Shown piece after piece: positions 33,445 through 44,300 of a stretch of DNA of 64,000 nucleotides. This DNA comes from a virus. The notes beneath the pieces were generated by a model. The model worked only from the letters and a program-made list of their open reading frames with translations, had not been told where the DNA came from and did no database searches. The stretch's first letter is position 1; each line of letters opens with the position of its first letter. Location of the stretch: the IMG/VR virus record IMGVR_UViG_3300036892_000014, positions 1 to 64,000 of that record, one strand, 5' to 3'. The position numbers and the translations under genes are program-made.

Positions 33445-34134
33445 ATGGCTACCGAAGCAGAACTTTCGCAACAGATAGTGGCGCTACACAAGCGCCTACT
33501 GAAGATGGAACAGGAACACACCTCGCGCAGGGGTCTGCCTGGTGAGAGGGGCGAGGCTGGTGCGCCTTCTTTTATTCCCGGGCCGCAGGGAGTACAGGGA
33601 ATTCCCGGCCAATCTATTCGCGGTGAAAAAGGCGATTCAGTGCGCGGAGAAAAAGGTGAGCCAGGAATTTCTAATACACCGGGACCCCCTGGGGCGAACG
33701 GGGCAGACGGAAGAGATGGCATCGATGGAAAGAACGGTGTAGATGGAAAATCCGGCAGAGACGGAAAGAACGGAGCGGACGGGAAAAACGGCGTAGATGG
33801 AAAAGATGGTACCGATGGAAAGAACGGTGTAGACGGAAAGCCGGGCATAGACGGTAAGAACGGAGTAGACGGGAAAGATAGCATCGACGGAAAAGACGGT
33901 ATCAATGGAAAGAATGGCATCGACGGAAACCCCGGCACAAATGGGAAGAACGGTCTTGACGGCAAAGATGGTGTCAACGGTAAAGATGGTGTCGATGGCA
34001 AAGACGGCATCGGAACACCAGGCCCCCGTGGACCAGCTGGAGACATTTCTGCTGCCCTGTCCAACTGCGAAAAGTATGTACAGACAGAGTTAGCTGCTTT
34101 CAGAAAAGAAATTCTTAGTCTTTTAGCCAAGTGA
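33445..34134 (+). CDS. collagen-like triple-helix protein
   Basis: Long G-X-Y run (GKNGVD/GKDG). Confidence 0.85.
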   Translation: MATEAELSQQIVALHKRLLKMEQEHTSRRGLPGERGEAGAPSFIPGPQGVQGIPGQSIRGEKGDSVRGEKGEPGISNTPGPPGANGADGRDGIDGKNGVDGKSGRDGKNGADGKNGVDGKDGTDGKNGVDGKPGIDGKNGVDGKDSIDGKDGINGKNGIDGNPGTNGKNGLDGKDGVNGKDGVDGKDGIGTPGPRGPAGDISAALSNCEKYVQTELAAFRKEILSLLAK

Positions 34135-34251
34135 AAACAACTTCGATTCCTATCTTTTTCATGTTCTCAGCGAAGAGATACTGCTCCCGTCGTATCCCGT
34201 CATTCAAACTTTTGACTTCTTCTAGTAGAAGCTCTAGGGAAACAAATTCTC

Positions 34252-34279
34252 TTGACAATCGCTAGAATCTGAGTACAAT
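34252..34279 (+). promoter_or_regulatory. sigma70 promoter TTGACA-16-TACAAT
   Basis: Upstream of the XRE gene. Confidence 0.7.
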
Positions 34280-34306
34280 GTGTACAGCTGTTGGAGGTAG
34301 CTCACC

Positions 34307-34645
34307 ATGGCAACTGCTATGTCGACTCGTACCGATGAACTTCGAGCATTCAAGAAAGAGGTCGGCACCATTGACGTGAAGGTTGATGCGGAATTTCAGA
34401 GAGCACTGCGGACGGCTCAGGAGCTGCTGGAGATGTCGGATCAGGAGATTGGCGACGCGCTTTCGGTGAGCCACCCCACCGTGAATCGTTGGATAAACGG
34501 CACGAACCTTCCTTACAACGCGATGAGGAAAGTGGTGTTGAGTTGGATTTATGAAAAACTGGCCGCGAAGGTGCGGACAATTGAGGGATTCAGGCCCCAT
34601 TCAATGACCGCACAACTCTCGAATATAGCCCCTAGAATCTTTTAG
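34307..34645 (+). CDS. XRE-family HTH regulator
   Basis: MSDQEIGDALSVSHPTVNRWING HTH; GGAGG RBS. Confidence 0.8.
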   Translation: MATAMSTRTDELRAFKKEVGTIDVKVDAEFQRALRTAQELLEMSDQEIGDALSVSHPTVNRWINGTNLPYNAMRKVVLSWIYEKLAAKVRTIEGFRPHSMTAQLSNIAPRIF

Positions 34646-34750
34646 CCTTCTTCGAGTCGGTTCGAAGCCAAATACACGCAAAGCCCTGTGAATGTGTCCA
34701 GCGCTTTTTCCTAGTTGTTTTGCAATGCACATGCAGTTTACATAGTTCAT
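34601..34750 (-). CDS. 49-aa putative HTH protein (MNYVNCMCIAKQLGKSAGHIHRALRVFG...)
   Basis: Not in ORF track; GGAGG RBS and its own promoter. Confidence 0.6.
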   Translation of the reverse strand: MNYVNCMCIAKQLGKSAGHIHRALRVFGFEPTRRRLKDSRGYIRELCGH

Positions 34751-34770
34751 TTTGTAGTCCTCCACTCTGT

Positions 34771-34799
34771 ATAGTATCACAGTTGGAGGTGATTGTCAA
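34771..34799 (-). promoter_or_regulatory. sigma70 promoter TTGACA-17-TACTAT
   Basis: Consensus match; converges on the XRE gene. Confidence 0.75.
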
Positions 34800-34811
34800 G
34801 GACTAATTTTC

Positions 34812-37811
34812 ATGGCAACAGCACCCCCGAATTCAAGCAAGCCGACGACAGCAATTCCCGTTGCGGGAGACTACAACGTAACTGCACCCGTTCTTATTGA
34901 CGGGCAGGCTACTGCGCTGCAAGTCGATGTAAACGGTAACCTGAAGACGACGAGCACTGGCGGCGGCGGTGGAAATGTAAATCTTACGGGTATCAACGGC
35001 ACCGCTCCGTCACTGACGAATCCCCTCGCTGTAGAACTGAGCGACGGCACGAATCCGCTAGGCGTGTCGGGCAATCCTCTTTATGTTACAGGCACTATTA
35101 GTGCGTCGAACCCAAGCGTTGGTGCGACAGGTGTGGCTGCTCCGACATCTGCGACTGAGATAGGTATTATTGTTGCCGGTGATCTCGAAGGTGTGAGTTC
35201 TTCCAACCCTCTTCCGGTAAGCGGTACGGTAGCAGTTTCAAACTTCCCAGCGACGCAACCAGTCAGCGGAACGGTAACCGCCGTACAACCTACTGGAGCA
35301 AATCTTCACGTTGACGTGGATAACTCTGTTGCTGTTACCGGAACTTTCTTCCAGGCAACACAGCCTGTAAGTGGAACCGTAGCAGTTTCAAACTTCCCGG
35401 GAACACAACCTGTTTCAGGTACAGTCGTTGCAGAGATAGAAGGTCATGCAGGCGCGACACTGGACAGTGCTGCGGGCACTCCGAACGCTCAAGCGGTTAC
35501 CGTTCAAGGTAACGCTAGCGGCGTCCCTGTTCCGGTAAGTGGAAGCGTAACGGTAACGCAAGCAACGGGCGCAAATCTTCACGTTGATGTGGACAATTTC
35601 CCGGCAACGCAACCAGTCAGTGGAACGGTAGCCGTTTCGAACTTCCCAGCAACACAGCCTGTTAGCGGAACTGTCGTTGCAGAAATTGAAGGTCACGCTG
35701 GAGCAACATTGGACAGTGCTGCGGGTACCCCGAACGCTCAAGCAGTTACGATTCAAGGTAATGCGAGCGGTGTACCTGTTCCGATATCAGGAACTGTTAC
35801 GGCCACGGTCGCAAGCACGACGATCACAGGCAACGTTACGGTTGTTCAACCTACGGGAACCAATCTTCATACAGTTGTTGATTCGGGAACCATCACGGCT
35901 GTCACAGCGATCACGAACGCTCTACCTGCGGGTACGAACACCATCGGGAAGGTGGACATCCTCGGCAACGCGGGCGCGATTCTAGACGGGACAGCGGGAA
36001 CACCATCGGTTGGCGTCTTGACCGTTCAAGGTGTTTCAGGCGGAACAGCGCAGCCAGTTTCAGGAACGGTAGTCGCAGAAATCGAAGGTCACGCAGGAGC
36101 GACACTCGATAGCGCTGCGGGTACTCCGAACACACAGGCCGTAACGATTCAGGGTAATGCAAGCGGAGTCCCGGTTCCTATTTCTGGTAGCGTGACAGCT
36201 ACGGTAGCCAGCACCACGATCACAGGCAATGTAACAGTCGTACAGCCGACGGGTTCGAACCTTCACGTAGACATTGACAACACGGTTCCCGTAACCTTGG
36301 CATCAACGACGATCACCGGTACGGTCGCGGTAGACGGCGCACTCACGAATAATAACGCAGCACCAACCGCGACGCTTCAAGGAATTCTTGGAGCAATCGC
36401 GGAAACTGCGTACAGCACGGTTACTTATACGACAGGCGATATGGTTTTGCCTGTTACAGATTTGCACGGCGCACTCAACTTTGATCTACAAGCCTACGCG
36501 GGAACCGCGCTAGGTGCAGGTTCCAACTACGGAACATCACCGGGCGCTGTAAACGTCATGGGTGTAAACGCCTTCATTACGAACACACCAGCGTTTACGC
36601 TTGCTAGCACCACGATCACAGGTACGGTAGCCGTTGACGGGGCACTGACGAATAACAATGCTGCGCCTACCGCAACGCTTCAGGGCGTCCTAGCCGCGAT
36701 TGCGGAAACTGCGTACAGCACAGTCACCTACACGACGGGAGATATGGTTCTTCCGGTCACCGACTTGCATGGCGCTCTAAATCAAGACCTCCAAGCTGTT
36801 GCAGGTGTAGCACTCGGCGCAACGGCTGTAACCACTTATGGCGGCACCCCTGCTGCCGTGAACGTTCCTGCGGTGAACGCGGCGATTACGAACACGCCTG
36901 CGGTTACTCTGACGAGTACGACGATTACGGGAACGTCTACGATTGCGGGAAACAAGACGAACAACAACGCAGTCCCTGGCGCTACGAATCTCGGCGTGTT
37001 GCCAGCTATCGCTGCGACGGTGTATACGACCAACACTTATACCAACGCCGACCAAGTTGCGCTCGTAACGGATTTGAACGGCGCTATCAATACTGATTTA
37101 CAGGCTGTTGCTGGAAATGCCGTTGTTACGGCCACGACCGGCGTTCAGTTGGTGGGTATCGAAGGTCACGGCGGCGCAGCACTCGACGCGGTTACGACCG
37201 CAGCCACAGCCCCAGTGAACGGTCTCGCCGTACTTGACGTGTACACAGCAACCGTGCCCGTCTTGACCACGGGTCAGTCTCTCGCATTGCAAGCCGACAC
37301 AACTGGCGGACAGTACGTAAACCAAGAAGGTCGCAAGGCAACGTTTGCGTGCCAAATAATTTCTGGTACCGCAGTTTCAGGCGGTAACTTTGTTTTAGTT
37401 GGATCGGCCACTAAGGTCATTCGTATCACGCGTGTAGTATTTTCTGGTTATGCAACGGCTGCTGGGTCTACTTCTGTTGGCTGCCAAATCTCCACGCCGT
37501 ATACGGGTGGAACGTCATCTACAACCGGTACCCAAATTGGACCATTCGATAGTGCTAGTGCTGCGGCCACCGCCACGAGATTAGTATACACCGTAGCTCC
37601 CACTGGCGGGGGATCACCGCAGTCATATCCGATTACTTTTAATTACACTTTCGCGGCAGTTGCAACGGGGAACATCTATACTTGGGATTTTGGTAACCGC
37701 GCCGCGGGTTGTCCGGTCTTGCGCGGTACGTCGCAGATTTTTGCATTGTTTATTTCTGTTGCGCCAGCAACTTGCACGTATACTTGCGAATTCGAATGGA
37801 CAGAGGAATAA
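34812..37811 (+). CDS. Thr/Val/Ala-rich repetitive fibre protein
   Basis: Nested repeats NFPATQPVSGTV, EIEGHAGATLDSAAGTPN, TNNNAAP...TDLHGALN. Confidence 0.8.
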   Translation: MATAPPNSSKPTTAIPVAGDYNVTAPVLIDGQATALQVDVNGNLKTTSTGGGGGNVNLTGINGTAPSLTNPLAVELSDGTNPLGVSGNPLYVTGTISASNPSVGATGVAAPTSATEIGIIVAGDLEGVSSSNPLPVSGTVAVSNFPATQPVSGTVTAVQPTGANLHVDVDNSVAVTGTFFQATQPVSGTVAVSNFPGTQPVSGTVVAEIEGHAGATLDSAAGTPNAQAVTVQGNASGVPVPVSGSVTVTQATGANLHVDVDNFPATQPVSGTVAVSNFPATQPVSGTVVAEIEGHAGATLDSAAGTPNAQAVTIQGNASGVPVPISGTVTATVASTTITGNVTVVQPTGTNLHTVVDSGTITAVTAITNALPAGTNTIGKVDILGNAGAILDGTAGTPSVGVLTVQGVSGGTAQPVSGTVVAEIEGHAGATLDSAAGTPNTQAVTIQGNASGVPVPISGSVTATVASTTITGNVTVVQPTGSNLHVDIDNTVPVTLASTTITGTVAVDGALTNNNAAPTATLQGILGAIAETAYSTVTYTTGDMVLPVTDLHGALNFDLQAYAGTALGAGSNYGTSPGAVNVMGVNAFITNTPAFTLASTTITGTVAVDGALTNNNAAPTATLQGVLAAIAETAYSTVTYTTGDMVLPVTDLHGALNQDLQAVAGVALGATAVTTYGGTPAAVNVPAVNAAITNTPAVTLTSTTITGTSTIAGNKTNNNAVPGATNLGVLPAIAATVYTTNTYTNADQVALVTDLNGAINTDLQAVAGNAVVTATTGVQLVGIEGHGGAALDAVTTAATAPVNGLAVLDVYTATVPVLTTGQSLALQADTTGGQYVNQEGRKATFACQIISGTAVSGGNFVLVGSATKVIRITRVVFSGYATAAGSTSVGCQISTPYTGGTSSTTGTQIGPFDSASAAATATRLVYTVAPTGGGSPQSYPITFNYTFAAVATGNIYTWDFGNRAAGCPVLRGTSQIFALFISVAPATCTYTCEFEWTEE

Positions 37812-37812
37812 A

Positions 37813-38766
37813 ATGGCAATTATATCGGAAAATATTCAATCCTACATTCTTAAAGGTGACGGCGTAAGTACGGTAGGTACCATCAATCTTGGATACGGTC
37901 CCCCGTTCGCCACCTTCGTGCAGGCGATTCAGCAGAACGGCAGTGTAGATGTTTCCTCTAACGTGTCGTCCATCGTTCTAACTGGCAGCACCATAACTGT
38001 CAATTTCGTTGCAACATTTTCTTACACTGTTGTGATATTTATAAATACCGTACCTGAGACACTTGTTGTTTCTGGCAGCGTAGCCGCTACAGGGTCTTCG
38101 GGCGGGGTTATGGATACCGTTATAACACCTGCCACTGCTCCGACGAATGCTTTGGCGACTCTAGGGGTTTACTATTCTACCCCTCCCGTTCTAACTACGG
38201 GTCAATCTGTGGTGGATCAGACAGACACCACGGGCTCGCACTATGTGAACGTTGAAGGCAGAAAGGCTACGTATCGTGCGGCTACATTCAGTTACCAACC
38301 GACAGGCAGCGGAACCCAACCTATGTTATCGATTAGGGGTTCCGCGACAAAAACAATTCGTGTCACGCGACTTCAGTTTTCAATCGGATATACTACGGGA
38401 CTTATCGGTGGAACGTTACTCATACTCCAGAGATTTAGTGTACTATCTGGCGGAACGCCTACCGCCCTTACCGCGGGTTCGAATGATATCAATAATCCTG
38501 CGGCTACTGCACTGGTGCAGACTTGGTCACCGCTGGCTACGACGGCCACGACGGTTGGCGGGCAACTTCAGATTCAGAAATATAACCTCGCTACCGAAGC
38601 CGTAGGCGCAGGCGACAACACGATGCCGCCGTATGAGTGGCAGTTCGGAGATCACTCTGCACAGAGCATTGTTCTGCGTGGCACGAGCGATTACTTCGGA
38701 CTGATGATGCTCAGTGTTCCTACAGCGCCCCTAGTTAATTTTACGATTGAGTGGACAGAAGAATGA
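37813..38766 (+). CDS. virion protein sharing the C-terminal domain of 34812-37811
   Basis: EGRKAT...GSATK.IR.TR...LRGTS...EWTEE in both. Confidence 0.75.
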   Translation: MAIISENIQSYILKGDGVSTVGTINLGYGPPFATFVQAIQQNGSVDVSSNVSSIVLTGSTITVNFVATFSYTVVIFINTVPETLVVSGSVAATGSSGGVMDTVITPATAPTNALATLGVYYSTPPVLTTGQSVVDQTDTTGSHYVNVEGRKATYRAATFSYQPTGSGTQPMLSIRGSATKTIRVTRLQFSIGYTTGLIGGTLLILQRFSVLSGGTPTALTAGSNDINNPAATALVQTWSPLATTATTVGGQLQIQKYNLATEAVGAGDNTMPPYEWQFGDHSAQSIVLRGTSDYFGLMMLSVPTAPLVNFTIEWTEE

Positions 38767-39185
38767 TGAAACTAACTACAGTCAGCGAATCAGATCGGGA
38801 ATTGATCCAGTCATTTATAGATGCAGACACTCTGTCGCGTCCGTCAACCCCCGACTTCTGGTTCACGAGGGACGACGCTCTTCTTTCTTTTGCAGTAGAG
38901 GACAACCTGGGCGTTGTTTTGTTTGCACGATTCGACCAACCCGTGGACGGCCAGGTTCGTTTCCACACCTTGTTTATGCCGGAAGACGGAACCAGTCGCA
39001 AGCGTGTTGCAATCGTTTTGATTAAGGGTTTTCAATCTGTTATCGATAAGATTAAAGAGTCATGCAGTAGCGTGATCTTTGAAAGTATTAGTGCCGACCT
39101 GACTCACTTCATGGTTGGGCACTTCAGTTTTGTCCCGGTAGACGGGACTAAGGATTACGTTTTGTACTTCGGAGCACAGCAATGA
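38763..39185 (+). CDS. hypothetical protein, possibly GNAT-like
   Basis: Size and position before the ejection proteins. Confidence 0.5.
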   Translation: MMKLTTVSESDRELIQSFIDADTLSRPSTPDFWFTRDDALLSFAVEDNLGVVLFARFDQPVDGQVRFHTLFMPEDGTSRKRVAIVLIKGFQSVIDKIKESCSSVIFESISADLTHFMVGHFSFVPVDGTKDYVLYFGAQQ

Positions 39186-41302
39186 CGATTCAATTGACAC
39201 CAGGCCAACAGGCTCTTGTCCCGGGATTTGGTACTCCCCCGGCAACGACAGGCGCTCCCGCCGAACAGACGGATGATAACACGGCAGGAGCAGCGGCGCT
39301 CCAACCTGCGCCCGTGAATGGCGGCGCAACTATCGGACAGCGCATGGTCGCGAAGGGAAGTCCCAAATTGGACGCCTTCACTGCTGGCTTAAATGCTATA
39401 GCTCAAACCAATCCGGCTCCAGCCGCCCCAGGCGCGTGGGCAAAGAATCTAGTCGCTGCTGTTCCACATTTGCTTGGTAATGCAAGCTCGGCATTCGGTG
39501 ATGCAGCCGCTGCGGGTGAGGGCCTTCGCCCTGGACAGGGCTGGCTGGCAGGAGCCGAGAAGACGGCGTCAGCGCACAGCGAACGTGTGGGTAAAGAGAA
39601 ACAGCAACAGTTCGCGAACAGCCAAGAAGCCCAGAAGACTGCGGCACAGGTAGCATACAACCAAGCTGAGACGATGCAAATTTCACGTAATATCCAGAGG
39701 CAAGATGCGGAGGCTCGCACGTCATCCGCTAACATAGGAAAGGCTGCCATTGATGCAGGAAGGGCGACTCACGATACAAAAGACAACATTCCAGATTCTG
39801 CGTTTCAGGACATGGTAAAGAAGAATCCAGATTACATGCAAACGCACTATGCGCAGATCACTGCGTACGAGCCCATGATCGGTCCAGATGGTAAGCAGAT
39901 GATTGACCCGAAGACCAAACAACCAATCGAGAATCCTACTTGGTCAGTTCAGGAGCGTGCCCCGAAAGCGAATACGACGGCTCCAGTGACGATGACCAAG
40001 GCAGTTCACGATGACTGGGTAGCTGCTGGGATGAAAAACGTCCCCGACGTTGGCGTAGAGGTTCCGTACGACTCATTTCATGATCTAGCTGGCACGGCGC
40101 ATACTGTAGCAAATACGGTTCACCTAGCTAATCAAGACCGTAATGAGCAGCTAACGGATGAACAGATTCAGCAGAATCATGACCTCTTTGCAAAGCCAGC
40201 CGTGGCAAACGCGATAGCTGCGGACCCGGCGCATGGTGCTATCGGCGGAATTCAGAAGTCATTGGACATTGCCAAACAGCACGATCAGGCTTTGACTGCT
40301 CAGCTTGCGCTTGCACAAAAGAAGGGCGACACAGCAGCGGTCCAGAAGTTGCAAAGCACGCTTGCGGACGTGAAGCAACAAGAGGCCGATATAAACAAGG
40401 CTTATAGTACTTTTACGGCGAAAGACAAGCAAGACTATGCGAAAGACCTTGAGAAAGAGCGTGTAGACAACGCTGATATTCGTCAGAAGAATGCTGCGGC
40501 AGACAAAGACCAGGCGGATGCGCTAAAGACAAAGAATGATGCAGCGATGGAAGGCACGCTGAATCCCGCCGGGGCTAATGACCTAACGGGTGAAACGTAC
40601 TTGAATGCGCTGCCAGTTGGTCCGCGGAATGTGATAAAAGCAATCGCAGAGGGTCGTGAGACTCGCTCGTCTCGTCAGTTACAAGACAAGAATGGCAACC
40701 CGTCGCCCCTAGCGATATCGTTACATCGTGCATATCCAGACCTCGACATTACAAATCTGACCGCCTATTCAAAACTTCGCGAGAAGTTTGAGACAGGTAA
40801 GGAATCAATTGCCCTGAACGGTGGTGGTACTGCATTGAAGCACTTGAGTGAACTACAGCAGTTAAACACGAATAAATCTCGTATCCCGGGCACTGATGAT
40901 TACAACGCTTACAACAACAAACTAGACACACTTGCGGGTGAGTTGCTCACTTTCTACGGCACACCTCTAACCAATGAAAACATAGCGGGAATAAAGAAGA
41001 CCCTCGGGGCCACTTTCAACAGGGACTCAGCTATCAAAACCCAGATAGGTTCTATGGGCGACAAACTTGTGAGCTATGAACAGACTTGGAAGAATGGTCA
41101 ACCCCGCCCTTCGTACACTCCACCGATGCCGAGCATTGACCCAGAAGCCAAGGCTGCGCTGATTCGTTTGGACCCACAGTTTGCGAAGGCGCATCCGTCT
41201 CTTTCAACCGTCAACATGAAGGCACCGGACGGCACAATCCAACCTGTTTCAGCCGATCAAGTCGATCACTTTAAGTCTCTAGGAGCCACGGTAGATAAGT
41301 AA
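39182..41302 (+). CDS. putative DNA ejection / internal virion protein
   Basis: Ala/Gln/Lys-rich helical 706 aa. Confidence 0.65.
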   Translation: MTIQLTPGQQALVPGFGTPPATTGAPAEQTDDNTAGAAALQPAPVNGGATIGQRMVAKGSPKLDAFTAGLNAIAQTNPAPAAPGAWAKNLVAAVPHLLGNASSAFGDAAAAGEGLRPGQGWLAGAEKTASAHSERVGKEKQQQFANSQEAQKTAAQVAYNQAETMQISRNIQRQDAEARTSSANIGKAAIDAGRATHDTKDNIPDSAFQDMVKKNPDYMQTHYAQITAYEPMIGPDGKQMIDPKTKQPIENPTWSVQERAPKANTTAPVTMTKAVHDDWVAAGMKNVPDVGVEVPYDSFHDLAGTAHTVANTVHLANQDRNEQLTDEQIQQNHDLFAKPAVANAIAADPAHGAIGGIQKSLDIAKQHDQALTAQLALAQKKGDTAAVQKLQSTLADVKQQEADINKAYSTFTAKDKQDYAKDLEKERVDNADIRQKNAAADKDQADALKTKNDAAMEGTLNPAGANDLTGETYLNALPVGPRNVIKAIAEGRETRSSRQLQDKNGNPSPLAISLHRAYPDLDITNLTAYSKLREKFETGKESIALNGGGTALKHLSELQQLNTNKSRIPGTDDYNAYNNKLDTLAGELLTFYGTPLTNENIAGIKKTLGATFNRDSAIKTQIGSMGDKLVSYEQTWKNGQPRPSYTPPMPSIDPEAKAALIRLDPQFAKAHPSLSTVNMKAPDGTIQPVSADQVDHFKSLGATVDK

Positions 41303-44300
41303 TGGCACAAGACTGGTTCGCACAGAACGCTCCGACCGCAACGGCAACCGCACCTGCGCCGCAGGCACAACCAGCGGCTCCAGCGCCTGCGCAAGCTGCG
41401 TCGGCACCAGCGGGCGGTGATTGGTTTACGAAGAATGCTCCGAAGCCGCAAGCAGCCCAGGCTAATGTAGAAGGTGCTCCGACGCACATTCTTGAAGGCG
41501 GTGTCATTAAGCGTTTCGGGGAACGTCTCGGGCAGAGTCTCGGAATGCCGACGAACCAGGCAGAACTTCAGGCTGCGGCACCGACAACGGGCGATTACGC
41601 TGAACTAGCAACAGGCACCAAGCCGCTGATTGACGCTGGCAAGATGCTGTACAATTATGGCAAGACGGCTCTTCAAGGCGCACACGAGGCGGGTCAGGAA
41701 ATCGGAGAAGCCGGAACGAACATCGCCGAAGGCGGCCCAGTCGGCGCAAACATCGGCAAGGCTGCGGGCGGCGTTCTACATGGCGCATTGTCCGCTGTGC
41801 CATTCGTTGGCGCTCCGTTAGAGCAGGCCGGGGTAGACGTTCACGCCGGAAATTATGCCGGAACTATCGGCGGAATGCTTGGTGTGTTGGCACAGATCGA
41901 GGGACCGCATGCCGTTGACGAAGTTCTTCAATCACGAGCAGTGAAGTTGGCAGAGACAAATCACGCGTCTGCGGAAGCACAACACAATATTCGTGTCAAG
42001 GAACTCGATACTCATCTAAACCAGGCGCAGGCGGCCTCCGCGGCAGCCGATCAAGCTGTGGCAGCCGAACAAGCCGGAACAGGAACCAGACAGCAAACCA
42101 TTGACGCCAAGAATTACGCCAGCGAGGCGGCAGCCCAGGCTAAGAAGTCTCAGCAGGCCCTGGCCGAAGCTACCGTAGCAAAGAATACAGCGGCGTATGA
42201 GCGCGATAAGGTTGTGCGCAAAACAGTGGATGATGTGCAGAAGTCTAAGCCCGTCGTAGATCAGAAGCAGACGAAGGCACAAGCAGGGGCACTCGAAGAC
42301 TCAATGAAGAGCGCACCTCCGGCAGCAAATGGTCCCGCTGCATATACAGTAGATGACGCTAAGATCGCCCGCGGTTACGAAGAACAAGAACACGCGAAGA
42401 AGCCAGTTACAACAATTCAGGGACGTGCCGAAGCACTTCAGAATATCTCGGACAGAATTGATGACCGAGTCGGTGAGTACGTTCAGGACTACGCGAACGA
42501 ACCTATCTCCACAAATGTTAATATGGATGTACGCGGCGAACTCGCCAAGAGCCCGAAGGCAGACTTCGTTGAAAAGGGCATGGCGGAATTGGAGAACTGG
42601 AATCTGACTGACCCGAGTATGGCAGAGGCTCAGAAGCTGGTTACGGATTTGAACGCGGAGAATCGTGCCACTCTTAAGAAGAACTTCTGGGATGTTGCGA
42701 CTGCGCTCAAGGTCGATCCAGCCTTTGCAGCACGTCAGGCTGCACTGGATTCGCTGCGCAAGGGCATAGACGGAACGCTCGTGGATCACGGTGTCGATGG
42801 CGTGCGTCAACTTCGCAATGACCAAGCATCTATCATTCGCGTGAAGAGTGCCGTCGAGAAGCAAGCACTGAACGGCGATCAAGTTGTACGTGGTAGCGGC
42901 CAAGCTGGTAGATTGCGTAATTTCGCAGCTAGGAGCGCTGACAAGGTAGGGGCAGTCGGGGGCGGTATCAGTGGTGGAGTCGCTGGTGCTGCTTATGGCC
43001 CTGCTGCTAGCGTATATGGTATAATATCCGGCGCACGCATGGGCGAAGAACTTGGAAGGTGGGTCGGGAAGAAAATTCAGCCTGGTGATGTGACCAGAGA
43101 TGCGCTCATAGAACGTAGTAACAAGACGACGGGCGCGGGCCGTGCGATTACAGATATCAAGGACAATAATGCAAGGCCGAGTAATCCCCCAGGCTTTCCA
43201 ACGCCGCCTGCACCGACGGACGCATTATCGCAGCGCGACATACTTCAAATTCAACGTGAGCAGTCACCACTTCACGGCGAGCTAGCGACACACTTAAACA
43301 AGTCAGTTAACGATCCGAAGGCGTCATATGCTGCGTTAGAGAAGCAGTTCATGGACGATTATGAAGATAAGGTACGCAACGGTGTCAAGATTGAACCCGC
43401 CGACAAGCAACTATTCGGTAAGATAAACCAGCAAGACCTTTCCGACAATCAGGCTGTACAGAAGATGCAGCAAGAGCAAGCGGAGAAGGTAGCCGCCGGG
43501 CAGAAGCTTCTACCGACAGCAACCTTACCCGAGAATGCCGAGCCTGCGATGCAGATGCGCGGCAGAATGCAGAAGGGCATGAACACGCAGAACGCCCTCG
43601 TTCACGATATGGCGCACGCCGTGGTAGCTGATGAGATCATGGGCGACAAGCTTCCGAGCCTAGGTATTAACTCTCACCTACACCCAGAGAATGCAGGCAC
43701 GAGCGCCGTCGCAACCGCGGCATTCGACTGGAGCAAGTTTGTAGACGAAGACGGCAATATGGACCCGAAGAAATTCGCACCAGCGATTGACGATCTTGCG
43801 ACGGTCTTCGTATCGGGTGGCATTGCAAACGATTTGTTCCACGATATCCCGTTCACTGAGAACCATCACCTAGGAGCGGACCTACATATTCTTCGCCGTT
43901 TGATGAATGCAATCGATATAGACAAGCCTACGCAGCAAGCTATTGTCACGCGTGCGGGCCAGAGAGCAGCAGAAATCCTAAGCCGTCCTGGTGTGGAAGA
44001 CGTACTCCACGAACATGCGGCAGTCCGTGAGCCGGGGCTTGATTCACATATGCACGTTAGCCCAGAGAGAATGCAGCAAATAATTCAAGACGTAAAGGGT
44101 GGAGACAATGAAGTCGGAAATGAGCCTGCAAGCGGCAATGGAAAGCCTAATCGGAACCCTGAACAAGGAGCCGAAGAACGAAGAGGAAAAGGAGCAGCAG
44201 AAGGCGCTAAAGCTGCAACTAAAGACGATGTGGGTAAAGTCGTCGGCAAAGAACGCGAAGGAAGCGCAGAAGGAACTGGAAAAGAAACAGGAAGCAAGCA

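Noticed and set aside
33426-34130. 234-aa Pro/Phe/Ser-rich minus-strand ORF
   Set aside because: Antisense mirror of the collagen G-X-Y repeats.
35218-37100. Long DNA repeats as a diversity-generating retroelement TR/VR pair
   Set aside because: The repeats are in-frame coding units differing mostly at synonymous sites rather than adenines, and no reverse transcriptase is in the window.
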